DNA of 63,300 nt from Firmicutes bacterium UBA2598 (GTDB lineage: Bacteria > Bacillota > PH28-bin88). Position 1 is the first letter of the stretch, and each line of letters starts with the position of its first letter. The stretch spans positions 79,259 through 142,558 of the forward strand of contig DDKM01000032.1 in NCBI GenBank assembly GCA_002339345.1, read 5' to 3'. Below the pieces are notes generated by a model that saw nothing but the letters and a program-made list of their open reading frames with translations, made no database searches and was not told the origin of the DNA. This document shows positions 9,064 to 17,450 of this stretch, in pieces. The translations under genes and the position numbers were made by a program.

Positions 9064-10515
9064 TTACCGGCGTTGCCCCACCAGCATCCCTTTGCCTATC
9101 GCATAAAGGTCTTCCAGCACCATCTGGTAGGAGGGCTGGCGGCCCTCCCGCCGGCCCCTTGCCTGCATTTTTTCCCGGTGCAGTTCCAACAATTCTTCCG
9201 GGAGCGGTAAATTACCGGTTTCCAGCAGGCGGATGGCCCCTTGACAGTCCCTGGCGGGTAACACCCGGCCCTGGTTGTACCGGCTGGCCGCAAAGGGTAC
9301 ATCCAGAATCCCGAGGGCAAAGGCCTTTTCCACCCCTGCCGAAAGGTTTCCCTCCCCCAATTCCCATACCCGGTCTAGGATAGCCCGGGTTTCTGCCGCA
9401 ATTACAGCCATTTCCTCTTTCAGAGCGGGGAATTCGGGTAGGGGTTGATCCTTTACCATATTGATTACCTGCCGGGTGGCCATCAGCCCACTGGCAATGG
9501 CCTCCTTGTTGGGGCTTCCCGTTGCCTCAGTGGGTGTTTTGGTGATCACCCGGTGGGCACCTGCCAGCCCTGCCACCGCCGCTCCCCAGGCCAACACTCC
9601 GTACGCCTGGCTTTCCGCCTGGGGAAAACCGCCCATCCACTGGTAAAAAACCACGGTAACGGTAACTTCACTGCATCCCAGCCTGTTCAAGTACTCCCCC
9701 GCCAGGGGAGCTAAACAGCGCAATGCCGCCACATCCTGCACCAGGTTACCGCCCTGGCCGTATCCCAGGGAAAGATGGGTCACTCCTTGTTCCGCCGCCA
9801 GCAGCCCTTCCAGAATCGCAACACTATGGGACAGACATGGCGGGACCAGGGCCCCGGTTAGAGCTCCGCAGGTCTCCCGGTGCAGGGGTACACCGCCTTC
9901 CTCGGCATAGCGGCCCACCAGGCGATCGATATACCGCCAGCTGGCCAGGCTTTCCGACAGGGGCTTGTCCTTCAGATAGGGAAGATTGCTGGAAATACCA
10001 CCGCCCTCCAGACCTGTAAACCCGGCAGCCAGGGCTATCTCTGCCACCAGCCCGGGATCCGCCCCCATGTGGCGAACCTGTACCGGCAAACGGAGACCTT
10101 CCAGCAGTAAGCGGCAACGATCCAGACCATGGTTAAGCAGGGGAAAGCCCTGCAAACCAGCGGGGTCGATGTTCAAGTGGGATTCCACCTCCCGCCAGCG
10201 GCCAAGGCGAGTCAGGTTGTCAATGGTGGTAGGCAAGACATCCGCCAGACCGTCTTTTTGTATAAAGCGCAAAAAGGCGGCGTGCTCTTCCAGGAATGGC
10301 AGACCACCCCTTGGCTGTACCAGTGTACTGTTGTCCCGGGCCGCCTGGGCCATGGCCACCGCCAGGTTCCGGCGGGCAGGCAGTCCCTGCAGATAGTCAA
10401 AGGCTTCTGTTAAATCCGGCGCATGCATGCCGGCGGCGGCAAAAAGGGTTTTCCGCTGTCCATCCCAGTCCTCAACGGTTATTTTTGCTTTGCTGCTCAA
10501 TTTTCCTCTCCCCAA
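9064..10515 (-). CDS. Methylaspartate (glutamate) mutase E/epsilon-subunit homolog
   Basis: End-to-end collinear with clostridial GlmE as I remember it. Shared blocks are QPRGG, TIDNLTR, VRHMG, EGGGISSNLPY, CGALTGALVPP, VVFYQWMGGFPQ and C-terminal YAIGKGMLVG. An alternative TTG start at 10500 would give a TTGA overlap with the murI stop. Confidence 0.8.
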   Translation of the reverse strand: MGRGKLSSKAKITVEDWDGQRKTLFAAAGMHAPDLTEAFDYLQGLPARRNLAVAMAQAARDNSTLVQPRGGLPFLEEHAAFLRFIQKDGLADVLPTTIDNLTRLGRWREVESHLNIDPAGLQGFPLLNHGLDRCRLLLEGLRLPVQVRHMGADPGLVAEIALAAGFTGLEGGGISSNLPYLKDKPLSESLASWRYIDRLVGRYAEEGGVPLHRETCGALTGALVPPCLSHSVAILEGLLAAEQGVTHLSLGYGQGGNLVQDVAALRCLAPLAGEYLNRLGCSEVTVTVVFYQWMGGFPQAESQAYGVLAWGAAVAGLAGAHRVITKTPTEATGSPNKEAIASGLMATRQVINMVKDQPLPEFPALKEEMAVIAAETRAILDRVWELGEGNLSAGVEKAFALGILDVPFAASRYNQGRVLPARDCQGAIRLLETGNLPLPEELLELHREKMQARGRREGRQPSYQMVLEDLYAIGKGMLVGQRR

Positions 10516-11330
10516 TCCAATTCCACCTGCCGGACATCAGCCACCAGGGGATGGCTGCCCAGCAACCGCCGGCCCGCCAGGCGGAAGTTTTCCGCAGGAC
10601 CACTCACCAGGCAGGTATGGGAAGGTTCCGCCGACCCCTCTGCCATCACCTCCGTTTTCCCAAGCACCTCAGCCACCTCGTCAGCTGTAGCGGCCGCCGG
10701 ATCCACGAGGGACACCCGTTCACCGGTCATTTCCCTGATCAATGGAGCCATAAAGGGGTAATGGGTACAACCCAGAATGATGGTATCCACATCGGCCCAG
10801 AGAAGGGGTGCGAGATACCCGCTTATGGCTTGCCGGGCTGCCGGTGAGTCCACCTCGCCGGCTTCCACCAGGGGTACCAGCAGCGGGCAGGCCTGGGCAT
10901 AAACTTCCACACCGGGATTGCTGGATAGCAGGGACAGCCTGTGGGCATTGCTGCTAACGGTCACCTCCGTACCCAGCACCCCAATCCGCCCGTTACGAGT
11001 TTGGCGCAGGGCCTCCCTGACCCCCGGTTCAATGACACCGATCACTGGTAGGTTAAATCGCGCCACCAGTTCTGGCAGGGCCACAGCGGAAGTGGAATTG
11101 CAGGCATCCACAATCAGTTTTGCTCCCTGTGACACCAGAAATTCAACGATCCGGCAGGCAAAGGCCACCAGTTGACCGGCCGGCCTGGGCCCGTAGGGGA
11201 CATGAAGGGTGTCTGCGAAATAGAGAATCTTTTCCCCAGGCAACCGCAAGTTAATCTCCCGTGCCACCGTCAACCCGCCCACACCAGAATCAAAGACACC
11301 AATCGGCCGGGCTGTTTTCACAAAAACCAC
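10497..11330 (-). CDS. murI: Glutamate racemase
   Basis: Shows IGVFDSGVGGLTV, the catalytic Cys blocks DACNS and LGCTHYP, and a typical length of 277 aa. Confidence 0.92.
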   Translation of the reverse strand: MVFVKTARPIGVFDSGVGGLTVAREINLRLPGEKILYFADTLHVPYGPRPAGQLVAFACRIVEFLVSQGAKLIVDACNSTSAVALPELVARFNLPVIGVIEPGVREALRQTRNGRIGVLGTEVTVSSNAHRLSLLSSNPGVEVYAQACPLLVPLVEAGEVDSPAARQAISGYLAPLLWADVDTIILGCTHYPFMAPLIREMTGERVSLVDPAAATADEVAEVLGKTEVMAEGSAEPSHTCLVSGPAENFRLAGRRLLGSHPLVADVRQVELDWGEEN

Positions 11331-11393
11331 CTTCTGACCCTTTGGGTTTCCATTCCATATAACAATTATATGTGCCGGCCAGCCGGGACAGCC

Positions 11394-11915
11394 CTATTTA
11401 CCTTTCCGCACATTAAAGATGCCACCACGGGTAGTCCTGGTGTCCAGAACGGTTATGAAGGCCTGGCAGTCCCGTGAGTTGACCTGTTGCATAAACCGTT
11501 CTTTATCCCGGCGGTTAATGATGGCCTGGATGATCATGTGCTCCCCTTCACGGCCCTGGCCGTACCATACCGTCACCCCAAAACCTTCCGCCCGCAGGGC
11601 TTCCACCATCTCTAACCCATCGCAACGGGGAATCACCTGGATGGTCATGTATCCAAGGGCTAGACGCTCCTCCACCAATCCGCCGACAAAATTGCCCGTG
11701 GCAAACCCCAGGGAATAGATCACCAGACTTAGGGGATCCGTCAAACGGTCCAAAACGTATTTGATGGTAATCACATAAATACTGACCTCAAAGAAACCGA
11801 TGCATGCCGCTACCAGGCGCCGGCCACGCACCAGCAGCAACACCCGCAGGGTTTGCATTGTTACATCCACAACCCGGGCCAAAAAAATTAAAAGGTATCC
11901 AAGGAATAGTTCCAC
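11394..11915 (-). CDS. UPF0316/DUF2179-family membrane protein
   Basis: The N-terminus has three TM helices (LLIFLARVVDVTMQTLRVLLLVRGRR). The C-terminus is a soluble DUF2179-like domain. Confidence 0.7.
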   Translation of the reverse strand: MELFLGYLLIFLARVVDVTMQTLRVLLLVRGRRLVAACIGFFEVSIYVITIKYVLDRLTDPLSLVIYSLGFATGNFVGGLVEERLALGYMTIQVIPRCDGLEMVEALRAEGFGVTVWYGQGREGEHMIIQAIINRRDKERFMQQVNSRDCQAFITVLDTRTTRGGIFNVRKGK

Positions 11916-12053
11916 CGGCTACCCTCCCCAGTAATTTCCATGCTCCTCCGTCCCGCTCCCATTGTAGCATCATGGTTTAAGCGGGGTCAAGGCAAAAGGC
12001 CGGTAAAATAACCGGCCCCAGGTCAACAAGGCTGAAACTACCTGTACAAAAGG

Positions 12054-13862
12054 CTAGTGTTCTGCCTTTATGGCAAAGTATTTGGCCAGCCCCTCGGCAA
12101 TGCCCAGGGCGGCCTGGGCCCGGAATACGGGATCCCCCAGTAACGCTTCTTCTTCCGGGTTAGATATAAAAGCGGTTTCCGCCAGAATTGACGGCATGGT
12201 GGTGTTCCGTAACACCGAAAAACTGGCCTCAAAAATACCGGCATCCCGCCGCCCCATGGCCTGCACCATTTCCATTTGCACCAGGCTTGCCAACAGCTGC
12301 CGGTCCGCCCGCTGCCCCTCCAGGGGGCTACCCACAGGCGCATAGTAATAGGTAGTGGTACCGTTCAGCAGGCGGCTGGTGGAGGCGTTGGCATGTACCG
12401 AAACAAAGACATCCGCTCCGGCGTCGTTGGCAATGGCTGCCCGGCCTTCCAGGGTAAGGGTGGTATCCCCCACCCGGGTCAGGATGACCGTGGCCCCGCG
12501 GCTGATCAAAATATCCCTTAGCCGTAGGGAAATGTCCATTACCACATCCCGTTCATACAGCCCGTTCTTGCCCACCGCCCCCGGATCCGACCAGTTGCCA
12601 GGCTGAATGCTACCATGGCCGGGATCGATGACAATTATTTTGCCGGCCAGGGGATCCGCCCTATTTACCGGATCCCTGCCATGTCCATCACCCCTGGCAG
12701 CGGTGGAGAGGGTACGAATGCTCACCAGCCACCCGGCAATCCACCCGGTCTTGCCTTCCGCCATTTGAACCTGGTACCAGTCCCCCTGTTCACCGATTAC
12801 CGGCAGGAACTGGCCACTGCGGACCTGGGTCACCAATGGGAAAGAGATATCCGGACCACTGCGGACATTGACCACACTGCTATTGACCACCGCCAACCTT
12901 AGAGGTTCTCCATGTTCGGACGGGGTTTCCTTTTCCGGCAGGACAGGTGGCACCGCCGGAGGGTTGGCGGTCACCACCTCCGTGACCAGCCAACCGGCCA
13001 CCCAGCCCTGTTTGCCGTCTTCCAAACGGACCTCCAGCCAGTCCCCTTTGGCCCCGATCACAGTCATGGCCGTACCTTTGGGCAATAACGCCAGCCGGGT
13101 AAAGGTGGTTGCCGGTCCGGCACGTAGATTCACGTTTTCCGTTACCTCAACCCGTTTCACTTCCGGTCCGGTGGTGACACCATCCGGTACGCCACCCGGG
13201 TCCGGTGCTGCTACCAGCAGGTCCTGCACCAGCCAGCCAGCCACCCATCCCCCCTTGCCGCTCTCCGTCCGAACCTCCAGCCATTCACCAGACTGGGCGA
13301 CCACCGTCAGACGGGTGTTTTTAGGCAATGTTTCAATGCGCGGGAAACTGGTACCAGCCCCCTGACGCAGGTTAACATTGTCACTGGTAAGGACAACCCT
13401 TTCCACCCGCGGCTGGTTCCAGATATCCACGGTGTTGGTGGCACCATCCCAAATCACCCGGGCGCCAAGGTTCTCCATTACAAAACGGAGGGGTACCATG
13501 GTGCGGTTGTTGACAATCACCGGTTCGGTGTCCATGGTAACCACCTGACCGCCCACAGTGGCCTGGCGGGAGTTGATGGTCAACCCCACTACCTGGTCTC
13601 CGCGGCTGATGCGCACAGTCCTGGCCTGCTCATTCCAGTCCACGACATTACCGAGGGATTCCCCCACCAGGCGGATGGGAACCATGGTCCGGTTGTTGCT
13701 ATCAATATAGGCAGGGGTATCCCCCACCAGTATACTGCCATTTAGGCGCAGCTGGACCAGCGGCCTGCCCTCCAGGGCCATCGCCCCGGGCATCACCGCA
13801 CCCGTCAACAGGAACACCGATAACAATATTGCTGTTGTCTTCTGTCTGAGTTTGCCTGTCAC
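12054..13862 (-). CDS. N-acetylmuramoyl-L-alanine amidase with copper-amine-oxidase-like stalk and three SH3b repeats
   Basis: The C-terminus is Amidase_3-like (IVIDPGHG...SVHANA). Three near-identical VNLR.GP...G.WL.V....G..GWVAGWLV modules are present, plus stalk repeats (TMVPIRL/ TMVPLRF). Start reset to GTG 13862, which has a GGGGGAGGA SD 5 nt upstream and yields a signal peptide. Confidence 0.85.
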   Translation of the reverse strand: MTGKLRQKTTAILLSVFLLTGAVMPGAMALEGRPLVQLRLNGSILVGDTPAYIDSNNRTMVPIRLVGESLGNVVDWNEQARTVRISRGDQVVGLTINSRQATVGGQVVTMDTEPVIVNNRTMVPLRFVMENLGARVIWDGATNTVDIWNQPRVERVVLTSDNVNLRQGAGTSFPRIETLPKNTRLTVVAQSGEWLEVRTESGKGGWVAGWLVQDLLVAAPDPGGVPDGVTTGPEVKRVEVTENVNLRAGPATTFTRLALLPKGTAMTVIGAKGDWLEVRLEDGKQGWVAGWLVTEVVTANPPAVPPVLPEKETPSEHGEPLRLAVVNSSVVNVRSGPDISFPLVTQVRSGQFLPVIGEQGDWYQVQMAEGKTGWIAGWLVSIRTLSTAARGDGHGRDPVNRADPLAGKIIVIDPGHGSIQPGNWSDPGAVGKNGLYERDVVMDISLRLRDILISRGATVILTRVGDTTLTLEGRAAIANDAGADVFVSVHANASTSRLLNGTTTYYYAPVGSPLEGQRADRQLLASLVQMEMVQAMGRRDAGIFEASFSVLRNTTMPSILAETAFISNPEEEALLGDPVFRAQAALGIAEGLAKYFAIKAEH

Positions 13863-14038
13863 CGTTGTCCTCCCCCGGGCAAAGTGTTGGTGACAGTATT
13901 CGATTCCGACCAACATAATTCCTGCGCAAGGGGAGGTAATTGGCATTTTGAAATTTTACCCATCAAAAAGCCCGACCCCCACGGCCGGGCTGGCATAACT
14001 GTACCAGCTGTTCCCAGCTGGTTCCGGGCCCCTTCACT

Positions 14039-14665
14039 TTAGTTGGCCCGCTTGATCAGGCTTTCATTGCGCCCCATCACCGTCGATACATCCACATGCC
14101 CGGCTATGGTCTTGACATACTGTCCCTCTACCAGAAACTGCACTCGATCTACAGTAGGAAACTTGGTCAAGGTGTTGACGATGGAATAGACCGTCAGCTT
14201 CTCTGCCGTACTGCCGCCGGGATGATTTAGCATCAATTGCTTATTAAAATCCACAATAGCAAGTCCATCGGGCTTGATATTGATATCCTTCAATACCACG
14301 CCGGCGGGAATGGTGGGCAAAAGTCCGGATCCCGGCATCGGGCCGTTGATCAGTTCTTGGATGGTGGCCCTGGCCAGTCCCACCACCTTGGGAATGTTTC
14401 GTTCCTCCGGCACCAGGTAACTCCCTGTGCTATCAGCGAAATAAAGGGTTACCTTGATGGTTTCACCGGAAAACCCCTGGTGGGATACAGGCAACTGGTT
14501 TTCCGGCGGAGGAACTTCCACCACTGGTGTGCTGTCCTTGCCAGCAAATCTGTCCTTTAGAGAGGTAAGGGACTTGGTCACCCCGCACCCGCTGGTTGAC
14601 AGCGCTACCCCTAGCAGCAACGCCACGGCCAGTAATAGAGATATGTTCTTCCTGCCCCGCATCAT
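14039..14665 (-). CDS. gerM: Spore germination lipoprotein GerM
   Basis: Two GerMN-type repeats (VTLYFADSTGSYLVPEER...; VDFN...VYSIVNTLTKFPTVDRVQFLVEG). Lipoprotein signal is LSTSGC. Start reset to the ATGATG at 14665/14662, behind an AAGGAGG SD. Confidence 0.85.
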   Translation of the reverse strand: MMRGRKNISLLLAVALLLGVALSTSGCGVTKSLTSLKDRFAGKDSTPVVEVPPPENQLPVSHQGFSGETIKVTLYFADSTGSYLVPEERNIPKVVGLARATIQELINGPMPGSGLLPTIPAGVVLKDINIKPDGLAIVDFNKQLMLNHPGGSTAEKLTVYSIVNTLTKFPTVDRVQFLVEGQYVKTIAGHVDVSTVMGRNESLIKRAN

Positions 14666-14892
14666 TAATCCTCCTTTACCTTTTTTTGTCTGGTACATCC
14701 TATGGCCATGCCGTAGGTTTATTACAAAAATTATGGCAGGGGTCTTCGGGCAAAATGAGCGGTTCAACGGCAAGGATTCGGATGCTAACGGAATTTTATG
14801 CCACTTAAAGGAATCTGCGCACAATTGTCAAAATAATTAAATAGGACAAAATAGTTACTCCAGCGGCAAGCTGCAAAAAAAGGAGTTTCGCC

Positions 14893-15660
14893 ATGGAAAT
14901 AAAGGCCCTGATCGTTGATGATGAATATCCGGCACGAAAAGAACTACGCCATTTGTTGGAGAGGTACCCCTTTGTCCAGGTAGTGGGGGAAGCGACCAAT
15001 TGCCGGGAGGCTCTACAACTGATCGAAGCCCTGGACTACTCTGTAGTATTCCTGGACATCGATATGCCCGGGGGCAGCGGACTGGACCTGAGCCGGCAGT
15101 TGAAACAGCGCGGCAGCACCAGCCCCCGGGTGATTTTCGTTACCGCCCATGACAACTTTGCCCTGGATGCTTTCAGTGTGGACGCCGTGGATTACCTGCT
15201 AAAACCGGTAGATCCCCGCCGTCTGGACCGCGCCATCCAGAAATTACTGACCACAGCCGTCCGACCAGCCCCACCCTCCCGTCCCCAGGGGGAGGAAAGG
15301 AAGGAGGATCGCCCTGCAGCCCGGCCCCTCGGCCTGATCCCGGTGGAACACAAGGGGAAAACCATCCTCCTGGAGGAAAAAAATATTATCTATCTTTTTG
15401 CCAGTAATGATTATACTTATATTAAGACGGCAAGGGAAAAATACCTCACCCGGTACACCCTAAAGGAACTGGAACAACGCTTAAGTGGTCAGATTTTTAT
15501 CCGGTGCCACCGCTCTTATCTGGTAAACATCAAAAAGGCCAAGGAGGTTGTCCCACTGTACAACGGCACCCTTGTACTAATTGTGGACGATGCGGAAAAA
15601 AGCGAGGTGCCGGTCAGCCGTTCCCAGGCCAAAATCATCCGTAAGCTGCTGGGCATATGA
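14893..15660 (+). CDS. LytR/AlgR-family response regulator (REC + LytTR DNA-binding domain)
   Basis: REC motifs (LIVDDE, DIDMPG) and a C-terminal LytTR block (FIRCHRSYLVN). No cognate kinase is adjacent. Confidence 0.88.
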   Translation: MEIKALIVDDEYPARKELRHLLERYPFVQVVGEATNCREALQLIEALDYSVVFLDIDMPGGSGLDLSRQLKQRGSTSPRVIFVTAHDNFALDAFSVDAVDYLLKPVDPRRLDRAIQKLLTTAVRPAPPSRPQGEERKEDRPAARPLGLIPVEHKGKTILLEEKNIIYLFASNDYTYIKTAREKYLTRYTLKELEQRLSGQIFIRCHRSYLVNIKKAKEVVPLYNGTLVLIVDDAEKSEVPVSRSQAKIIRKLLGI

Positions 15661-15663
15661 ACA

Positions 15664-15697
15664 AGGGCCCTACCGTAAGAGTAGGACCCTCTTTTGT
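15664..15697 (+). terminator. Intrinsic terminator after the LytTR regulator
   Basis: Hairpin AGGGCCCTAC/GTAGGACCCT with 9 of 10 bp paired, followed by CTTTTGT. Confidence 0.5.
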
Positions 15698-15811
15698 ATA
15701 TTCTTGTGGATGCAAACCGCCAACTTTGCCCGGTTTTTTTTCCCGATGCCGGCTCCGGTAGTTCCGCACTGAACCCCGGTGTATTCGGCTGTCCAAAAGG
15801 CGGGTTGCTCG

Positions 15812-16933
15812 TCAGGCCTGCCGTTCGTTCAGTACCGCCAGGACCCCGGCCAGGGTGTCCGCCATCCGCTGGTTCTGGCGTTCGGTGCCGATGGTTACCC
15901 GGATGAAGGTATCCAAGCCGAAAATATCGCCTGTCCGCACGATCACACCCGCCTTTAACATGGCCTGGAATACCTGGCGGGAGGGGTGACCGGTATCCAC
16001 CAGGATGAAGTTGGCCTGGGTAGGCACATATTTTAGCCCCATTTGCTGGAATCGCTGATACAGGTACAGTTTCCCTTTGTGGTTGACCTCCCTGCTTTTG
16101 GTCACCTGCAGGGGATCCTTCAGGGATGCTCTGGCGGCAGCCTGGGCGATGAGATTGACATTGAAGGGTTCCCTGGTGCGGCTGATCCATTCAATCAACT
16201 GGGGTACCGCAACCCCGTAACCCACCCTTAGGCCTGCAAGGCCATAGACCTTGGAAAAAGTGCGCAGCACAATCACATTGGGGCGCCCTGCCAGCACGTA
16301 AGCAAGACCGGAGGCATACTCCGGATGTTCCACGTACTCAAAATAGGCTTCATCAAAAACCACCAGAACCCTTGCCGGTACCCGTTCCATAAAGGCGTCC
16401 ATCTCCTGGCGAGTGACGATGGTGCCGGTTGGGTTGTTGGGGTTGCATATGAAGATGATCCTGGTTCGTTCGGTGATGGCATCCGCCATGGCCTGCAGAT
16501 CATGGGTAAAATCCCTGGTTGGTACCATCACCGTTGTCCCACCCATCAACTGGGTGGCAAAATCGTATTCGGAGAAGGACGGTTGGGCCATGATGGTTTC
16601 ATCACCGTCATTGACATAGGCTTCGGCCAGTAGCTTTAATATTTCATCTGAGCCGTTGCCCACAATAAGCTGGTTCGGCCCTACTCCCAGGTATTCCCCC
16701 AGTTCCTGCCGCAGGTAATGGCAGGAACCATCCGGGTAGAGGTAAGCCTTTTCCGCCGCATCCCGGATCGCCAGTACCGCATCGGGTGAAGGGCCCAGAG
16801 GGTTTTCGTTGGATGCCATTTTCACCACATTGGTAATACCAAGCTCCCGCTCCACTTCTTCAATGGGTTTTCCCGGGACATAGGGTTTGATGCTCAGTAA
16901 GGCCTTCCGACCTTCCAACATAATTTCCTCCAT
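15812..16933 (-). CDS. hisC: Histidinol-phosphate aminotransferase (class II aminotransferase)
   Basis: Shows NENPLGPSP, ICNPNNPTG and the PLP-lysine block TFSKVYGLAGLRVGY. Confidence 0.9.
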   Translation of the reverse strand: MEEIMLEGRKALLSIKPYVPGKPIEEVERELGITNVVKMASNENPLGPSPDAVLAIRDAAEKAYLYPDGSCHYLRQELGEYLGVGPNQLIVGNGSDEILKLLAEAYVNDGDETIMAQPSFSEYDFATQLMGGTTVMVPTRDFTHDLQAMADAITERTRIIFICNPNNPTGTIVTRQEMDAFMERVPARVLVVFDEAYFEYVEHPEYASGLAYVLAGRPNVIVLRTFSKVYGLAGLRVGYGVAVPQLIEWISRTREPFNVNLIAQAAARASLKDPLQVTKSREVNHKGKLYLYQRFQQMGLKYVPTQANFILVDTGHPSRQVFQAMLKAGVIVRTGDIFGLDTFIRVTIGTERQNQRMADTLAGVLAVLNERQA

Positions 16934-16970
16934 CCTAAACTCCTCCTGCCCTAAGGCCTTTTATTGGAAT

Positions 16971-17402
16971 TTACAGGGCGTAAATATCTTCACCCGCAAC
17001 CACCCGGAATCCCTTATTTTTTAGGACCTGAATGGCGTTTTCCACCTGTTCCACGCGGAAGATCACCAGCGCCCCGTTAGGCCCCCTGCCCAAAAAGGCA
17101 TACAGGTACTCAATGCTGATGCTGGCCTGTTCCAGCGCCACCAACACTTCTGCTAACCCGCCCGGCCGGTCCGGCATTTCCACCCCGATTACTTCCGTCT
17201 GGCTGACGGTGAAGCCGTTTTCCTTTAGCACCTGGTAAGCCCGGTCCGGCTCGTTGACAATTAACCGCAGAATGCCGAAATCGGAAGTGTCCGCAATGGA
17301 CAAAGCCCTAATATTGATCCCCGTCTCCCCCAAGAGGCGGGTTACCGCTGCCAGCCGGCCGTACTTGTTTTCCAGAAAAACCGAAATCTGGTTGACCCTC
17401 AT
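16971..17402 (-). CDS. ACT-domain protein
   Basis: Two tandem ACT-like repeats (ISVFLENKYGRLA...; IGVEMPDRPGGLA...). This is the typical small partner found downstream of phenylacetate-CoA ligase genes. Confidence 0.8.
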   Translation of the reverse strand: MRVNQISVFLENKYGRLAAVTRLLGETGINIRALSIADTSDFGILRLIVNEPDRAYQVLKENGFTVSQTEVIGVEMPDRPGGLAEVLVALEQASISIEYLYAFLGRGPNGALVIFRVEQVENAIQVLKNKGFRVVAGEDIYAL

Positions 17403-17450
17403 TTTATTCCCTACCTCCTCCCTAATGATAGGACATCACAGGAACCAGAC

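Noticed and set aside
9064-10515. Annotating the ORF simply as functional glutamate mutase (glmE).
   Set aside because: There is no GlmS, GlmL or methylaspartase gene in the window, and the gene partners are non-canonical. Only 'GlmE homolog' is supportable from the sequence.
12700-13400. Three ~200-bp DNA repeats.
   Set aside because: They are explained by the three SH3b-type domain repeats within the amidase coding sequence.
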